Source: an uncultured bacterium (GTDB lineage Bacteria; Babelota; Babeliae; Babelales; Babelaceae). From it: a stretch of DNA of 64,000 nt. The notes below the pieces were generated by a model that was given only the letters and a program-made list of their open reading frames with translations, searched no databases and was not told the DNA's origin. Positions 59,128 through 64,000 of the stretch are shown piece by piece. The stretch lies in contig CAVRKK010000002.1 of NCBI GenBank assembly GCA_963722385.1, forward strand, positions 1,120,001 to 1,184,000, given 5' to 3'. Numbering within the stretch: position 1 is the stretch's first letter; each line of letters opens with the position of its first letter. A program made the translations under genes and the position numbers.

Positions 59128-60589
59128 GGGTGCAATTAAAAGTGGTGGTTAGCAAATATCGTATGTTTTATGTGCTTCCCAATAGCCATTCCAACCATTA
59201 TTCGCTCTTGTAGTTAGCATTGCAAGCATAAATTGGCATTTTCTTCACACCACCAACCGCCAGGAATTTTAAGACGTTTTTGTATAACCGACTTATGAGC
59301 GCCCTCTATCTCTCCTGATCCAATCGACAAATCTCGTTCAAGAGCTCCTTTGTAATCGAATTGCTTCATCCTTTTGATCATGTATTGATAGCACTTTTGG
59401 GCTCCACATTGATGTTTTGGTATTTTTGTTTCATCAAGATGGTTTTTTAGATTTTTTAAAACAACATCAAGTTTATTTTCTTTCATCAATTTTTGTTGAA
59501 CATGAAACCAGTTTATCGAATTGTTTGGGAAACAGCACAATGAAGCTTGATTCAGATATTGGCTCAAGTGATAATAGTCTATTAAGTAATTGGCATCGTC
59601 ACCAAAGACCTTCTCGATTTGTTCTGCTATCCATAGCGCGCCATCACCTAGAGCATGAATACGCGTTTTAGGTCCACGGTTAGCATCTCTGACGAGCTCT
59701 GCGAGCTGATCGCCTACCTCATCGGGCGATCCTAATGTTGCTCGATAAAAAGTAGTTGTACTTCCTTTGTGATAAGCCAGTGCAAGTCGAGCTTCGCGCC
59801 ACAATGTCTTCCGGGACTTTCTTCTGTCACCAGTATTTTTTGGATCAAAAGTTACTATAGGAATCATACTTCCATCAGATTCTGCAATCACGAATTCTGC
59901 TGGCTTTTTCACAACTTTTTTTGCTTTAGGGGCACCTTGGTTCTTTGCCATGTTGTATGCATGTTTTTCTACAATTAATCTGATCGTGCTTGCAGGCAAC
60001 TCTATCCCATAGTGCTCTTTCATTTTTTTTGATGCAGATTCAAAGGAGACGTCTGTTTCAAAATCAGAAATATAGCGAGATTCTTTAAGTGATGCACGAA
60101 TATGGCATTATAGCTTTGTGCTGAGATTAAAATGCTCGGCATAGTGAGCATGGCTTAATGCATTACGCTATAGCACGCTGCAACGGCATCGAATACCCTC
60201 GACATTTGACGTTTGCTGAATAAGCAAGAGGCCTTGTACGCCTTCCTTGACTAACCAAAATTCGTTCTTTAATTTCTACAGTCCCGTAGGTAGTTTGCCA
60301 TTCAAGTTTTTTTTGAATGAAGCTTTGAATCAGGGTTGTTCAATCTGGTGGCTTGGTGTTTCTTTTCTTCTTGGTTTGTTGCCCATGTGGTCAGTAATTT
60401 ATTGCCTATTTTTCTAATTTCCACAATCAATTGCTCTTCTGCATCATCAGCTCTGTCAAGTCTGCCTGACGAGTTTTCTGCTATTTCCAATAATGCTTCA
60501 ATCCGGGATTCCAAGTGTGGATATTTTTCTAATCGTTTTACTTGTTGCTTAAATCTCGTCAAGATTTACCCACACTTTTGTTTACACCC
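59128..60589 (-). mobile_element. ISKra4-family-like IS, inactivated
   Basis: Imperfect TIR GGGTG(C/T)AA..AAAAGTG; motifs DGSM.P, GDGA.WI, D.YH..YL, IGSG.IE.AH; MITE insertion and frameshifts. Confidence 0.8.
60071..60172. mobile_element. About 100-bp MITE with TA duplication (IS630-like ends)
   Basis: TATAGCG...CGCTATA, 19/25 terminal inverted match; excision restores LQRAISDF in the host transposase. Confidence 0.8.
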
Positions 60590-60672
60590 CCTGCCTTTTT
60601 TGATTTTGACTTTGAATAAAATATTTTCTAAAATGGAAGTCATTTCAAAGAAGACTGCATTGGGAGTAATTT

Positions 60673-63600
60673 ATGTCCGCTTATTATCTTAAGTATTTTT
60701 TATTAGGCATCTTGTTTTTATGTACTACTCAGTTGCAAGCAGTACTCTGCAGGCTGACAGGGACAAGTTATGCTTCGTCTGCTCAATTAGATCCAACTTC
60801 TGTAGCTTTTTCTCCTAATGGTTCTTATGCGGCTACCGCTAACGGGGGCTCAGATGGTGTAACATTATTTACGATAGGAGCTGGAGGCGTGGCGAGCAGC
60901 CAAAATTCGTATGCATTGCCAAGCGGCTCAAGTGCCCCTATCTCAGTAGCATTTTCACCTGATGGGTCTTATCTTGCTACCGCTAATTTTGAGTCAAATG
61001 ATGTAACGGTATTTCAGGTAGGAGCTGGTGTACTATCAGAGGCAACATCATATGCACTACCAAGTGGTTCTTCAGATCTTTATTCAGTAGCGTTTTCACC
61101 TGATGGGTCTTATCTTGCTACTGCTAATATTGGGTCAAGTGATGTAACGATATTTCAAGTAGGAACAGGAGGAATGTTATCAGGAGCAATTTCTTATACA
61201 TTACCAAGCGGTTCTAGCGGTCCCGCTTCGGTAGCATTTTCACCTAATGGGTCGTATCTTGCTACTGCTGACTACGGCAATTATAGTTATGGTGGTGGAA
61301 CTACAGTAACAATATTTCAAGTAGGAACAGGGGGAACTTTATCAGGAGCAATTTCTTATACATTATCAAGCGGTTCTAGCGGTCCTGGCTCAGTAGCATT
61401 TTCACCTAATGGGTCGTATCTTGCTACTGCTGACTACCGTGATAATGATGGAATTACAGTAACGATATTTCAGGTAGGAGCGGGAGGAGTGTTATCGGGA
61501 GCAGTGTCATATGCATTACCAAACGGTTCTACTGGTCCTTATTCAGTAGCGTTTTCACCCAATGGTTTATATCTCGCTACTGCTAATTATTCAGGTAATA
61601 TAACAATATTTCAAGTAGGAACAGGAGGAGTGCTATCGGGAGCAGCGTCATATGCATTGCCAATCGGTTCTAACTCCCCTTTATCAGTAGCATTTTCACC
61701 CAATGGAGCCTATCTCGCTACCGCTAATGAAGGGTCAAATGATGTCACCATATTTCAGGTAGGGGCTGGCGGAGTATTATCGGGAGCAGTGTCATATGCA
61801 TTGCCAATCGGTTCTAACTCCCCTTTATCAGTAGCATTTTCACCCAATGGAGCCTATCTCGCTACTGCTAATCTTGACAGTAATGTAACAATGTTCCAGG
61901 TAGGAGCGGGAGGAGTGTTATCGGGAGCAACATCCTATGCATTACCAAACAGTTATTCTGTCCCTTACTCAGTAACATTTTCACCAGATGGATTCTACCT
62001 TGTTACTGCTAATAGCAGCTCAAATGATGTAACGATATTTCAGGTAGGAGCGGGAGGAGTGTTATCGGGAGCAACATCGTATACTTTGCCAAGTGGTTCT
62101 AGCGATCCTTGGTCTGTGGCCTTTTCACCGGATGGGTCATATCTTGCTACTGCTAATAGCAGCTCAAATGATGTAACGATATTTCAGGTAGGAGCGGGAG
62201 GAGTGTTATCGGGAGCAGTTTCATATGCATTACCAAGTGGTTCTGGTGGCCCTCAATCAGTAGCATTTTCACCCAGTGGCTCATATCTTGCTACTGCTAA
62301 CTACGATTCAAATGATGTAACAATATTTCAGGTAGGAGCAGGAGGAGTGCTCTCGGGAACAACTTCTTATGCATTACCAAGCGGTTCTTCCGTACCTGTT
62401 TCGGTAGCCTTTTCACCTAATGGATCTTATCTTGCTACTGCTAATAGTTATAACCCTGGAGATGTAACACTATTTCAAGTAGGAGCAGGAGGAGTGCTAT
62501 CAGGGGGAATATCGTATGCATTACCAAGCGGTTCTACCTATCCTTATTCAGTGGCATTTTCACCTGATGGCTTATATCTTGCCACAACAGGCTCAAACAA
62601 TGTAACAATATTCCAGGTTGGAGTAGGAGGTATTCTAACAAGACCAGCTTCCTACGCTTTGCCTGGTGGCTATAGCCGTCCTGTTGCAGTAGCATTTTCG
62701 CCCAACAGCTTGTATCTTGCTAGCGCTAATAACGATCAATTCTTCTTCGCGTATAGCAACAAAATAGTTACCATTTTTAACTGTGGCAGTTTTTCAAGCA
62801 CCTTTACGTCGGTTTCTTTACCTCCAGACTCTAAAAATCCAGCGGCAGTTACTTTTTCCAACAATGAACAGTATTTAGCAACAGCAAACCAAAACTCAGA
62901 TGATGTAACTCTTTTTCAAATAAACCCAGTTAATGCTACAAAACTTCTCTCTCTTGGAGTATCGTACCCATTGCCAATAAGCTCGCTTGGCCCCGTAGGA
63001 ATTACATTCTCGCCAAACAGTATATACCTTGCAACAGCAAACAGTAACTCAAGTGACGTAACTCTTTTTAAAGTTTCAGGAGGACAGTTAGCAGGAGCAA
63101 GCTCTTACGCGTTACCAGGTGGTTCTATAAACCCTCATGCCATTGCCTTTTCTTCCGACAATAACTACCTCGCCACAGCGAACAGTGGTTCAAATGACGT
63201 CACCCTTTTTAACTTTGTAGCAGGAATTCTCAACAATCCTCTTTCCTATTCTTTACCAATTAACTCTACTCAGCCAGTGGCGTTAACCTTTACGCCAGAT
63301 AATAGCCATCTGGTTACCGCAAATGCTCGATCATACGATGTAACTCTTTTCAAATTAACAAATGGCATACTCAGCAACGGCATGTCAAAGCCACTGCCAA
63401 AAATATCATCAGTGCCTAGTTCTGTTGTCTCGTTCGTAGATACTAATGAAAATACCGTTATTGTTGTTGCTAATAGTGGCTCCGATGATATTACGCTCTT
63501 TGCTATTGTTGGTGGCGCTTTATCAGAAGGACAATCACGCCAAATAGCCCAAGGCAATGCCCAGCCAGGATCCATTAGTCTGTCAGCCGATGGTTCTTTT

Positions 63601-64000
63601 CTTGCAACCAGCAATAGTGGCTCTGACACGATCGCTCTCATTGAATTGTCAAAAGACGCTGTTTTGGGAAATCGTACGACGCATATTTTACCTGGCAATT
63701 CTACCTACTGTGTATCAATAGCTTTCTCTCCAATTCTTTCAGACACGGGAAATGCTCTCCTTGCTACTGCCAACTTCTACTCCGACGATGTATCAATCTC
63801 CCAAATTTTTGGATCAAGCAGCACGGGAGGATATTCAGGAGATGGTAGTGGTAGCTCTCCTAATATTGGCATCATCATAGGGCCTATTATCGGTGGTGTT
63901 GGCGCTTTAACAGGCGTTGTGATAATTGGCATAGCCGCTTACTTTGCCTGGAAGTACTTTACTCGCCATCGTGGTAGAGGTAGCGTTAATTACTCGCCAG
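60673..64000 (+). CDS. Large beta-propeller repeat surface protein with C-terminal TM (paralog of 22537-25845); runs off the window end
   Basis: Absent from the ORF track because no stop lies in the window; translated by hand at several points: MSAYYLKYFLLG signal, SVAFSP.GSYLATAN repeats, TM IIGPIIGGVGALTGVVIIGIAAYFAW. Confidence 0.88.
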   Translation, partial: MSAYYLKYFLLGILFLCTTQLQAVLCRLTGTSYASSAQLDPTSVAFSPNGSYAATANGGSDGVTLFTIGAGGVASSQNSYALPSGSSAPISVAFSPDGSYLATANFESNDVTVFQVGAGVLSEATSYALPSGSSDLYSVAFSPDGSYLATANIGSSDVTIFQVGTGGMLSGAISYTLPSGSSGPASVAFSPNGSYLATADYGNYSYGGGTTVTIFQVGTGGTLSGAISYTLSSGSSGPGSVAFSPNGSYLATADYRDNDGITVTIFQVGAGGVLSGAVSYALPNGSTGPYSVAFSPNGLYLATANYSGNITIFQVGTGGVLSGAASYALPIGSNSPLSVAFSPNGAYLATANEGSNDVTIFQVGAGGVLSGAVSYALPIGSNSPLSVAFSPNGAYLATANLDSNVTMFQVGAGGVLSGATSYALPNSYSVPYSVTFSPDGFYLVTANSSSNDVTIFQVGAGGVLSGATSYTLPSGSSDPWSVAFSPDGSYLATANSSSNDVTIFQVGAGGVLSGAVSYALPSGSGGPQSVAFSPSGSYLATANYDSNDVTIFQVGAGGVLSGTTSYALPSGSSVPVSVAFSPNGSYLATANSYNPGDVTLFQVGAGGVLSGGISYALPSGSTYPYSVAFSPDGLYLATTGSNNVTIFQVGVGGILTRPASYALPGGYSRPVAVAFSPNSLYLASANNDQFFFAYSNKIVTIFNCGSFSSTFTSVSLPPDSKNPAAVTFSNNEQYLATANQNSDDVTLFQINPVNATKLLSLGVSYPLPISSLGPVGITFSPNSIYLATANSNSSDVTLFKVSGGQLAGASSYALPGGSINPHAIAFSSDNNYLATANSGSNDVTLFNFVAGILNNPLSYSLPINSTQPVALTFTPDNSHLVTANARSYDVTLFKLTNGILSNGMSKPLPKISSVPSSVVSFVDTNENTVIVVANSGSDDITLFAIVGGALSEGQSRQIAQGNAQPGSISLSADGSFLATSNSGSDTIALIELSKDAVLGNRTTHILPGNSTYCVSIAFSPILSDTGNALLATANFYSDDVSISQIFGSSSTGGYSGDGSGSSPNIGIIIGPIIGGVGALTGVVIIGIAAYFAWKYFTRHRGRGSVNYSP

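Noticed and set aside
60780..62700. Tandem repeats of about 140 bp with no ORF in the track
   Set aside because: Coding beta-propeller blades of an ORF that runs off the window end.

Overview
Bacterial chromosomal window with the signature of a host-dependent intracellular bacterium. It is most consistent with Candidatus Dependentiae (TM6/Babeliae), but that placement is an inference from gene content, not a database result. Housekeeping genes (glmU, sbcD, tRNA-Ser(CGA), mreB, rsmA, radA, tmk, holB-like, dciA-like, murG, PBP1A, ffh-rpsP-khpA-trmD-rplS, murC) are interleaved with many signal-peptide-bearing eukaryote-like proteins. These include seven ankyrin/helical-repeat proteins (two with C-terminal F-box-like motifs), a secreted ubiquitin mimic, a PI-PLC-like enzyme, two giant beta-propeller single-pass membrane proteins and small Cys-rich proteins. 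There are three toxin-antitoxin loci and many IS remnants. Highlights: (1) an apparently intact IscB-omegaRNA (OMEGA/HEARO) RNA-guided nuclease element at about 39967-41548, which seems to have inserted between the RBS and the ATG of a 1368-aa DARPin-like ankyrin gene while supplying a replacement RBS; (2) an unexplained 320-390 nt structured non-coding element in two inverted copies, with a compensatory change in its closing stem, flanking hyp-dciA-murG; (3) a recurrent signal-peptide|Met-Glu N-terminus on putative effectors, together with a ubiquitin-hijack toolkit; (4) a nested IS cluster at 57.2-60.6 kb whose insertion order can be read from target duplications. All calls come from motif recognition by eye; no searches were run.
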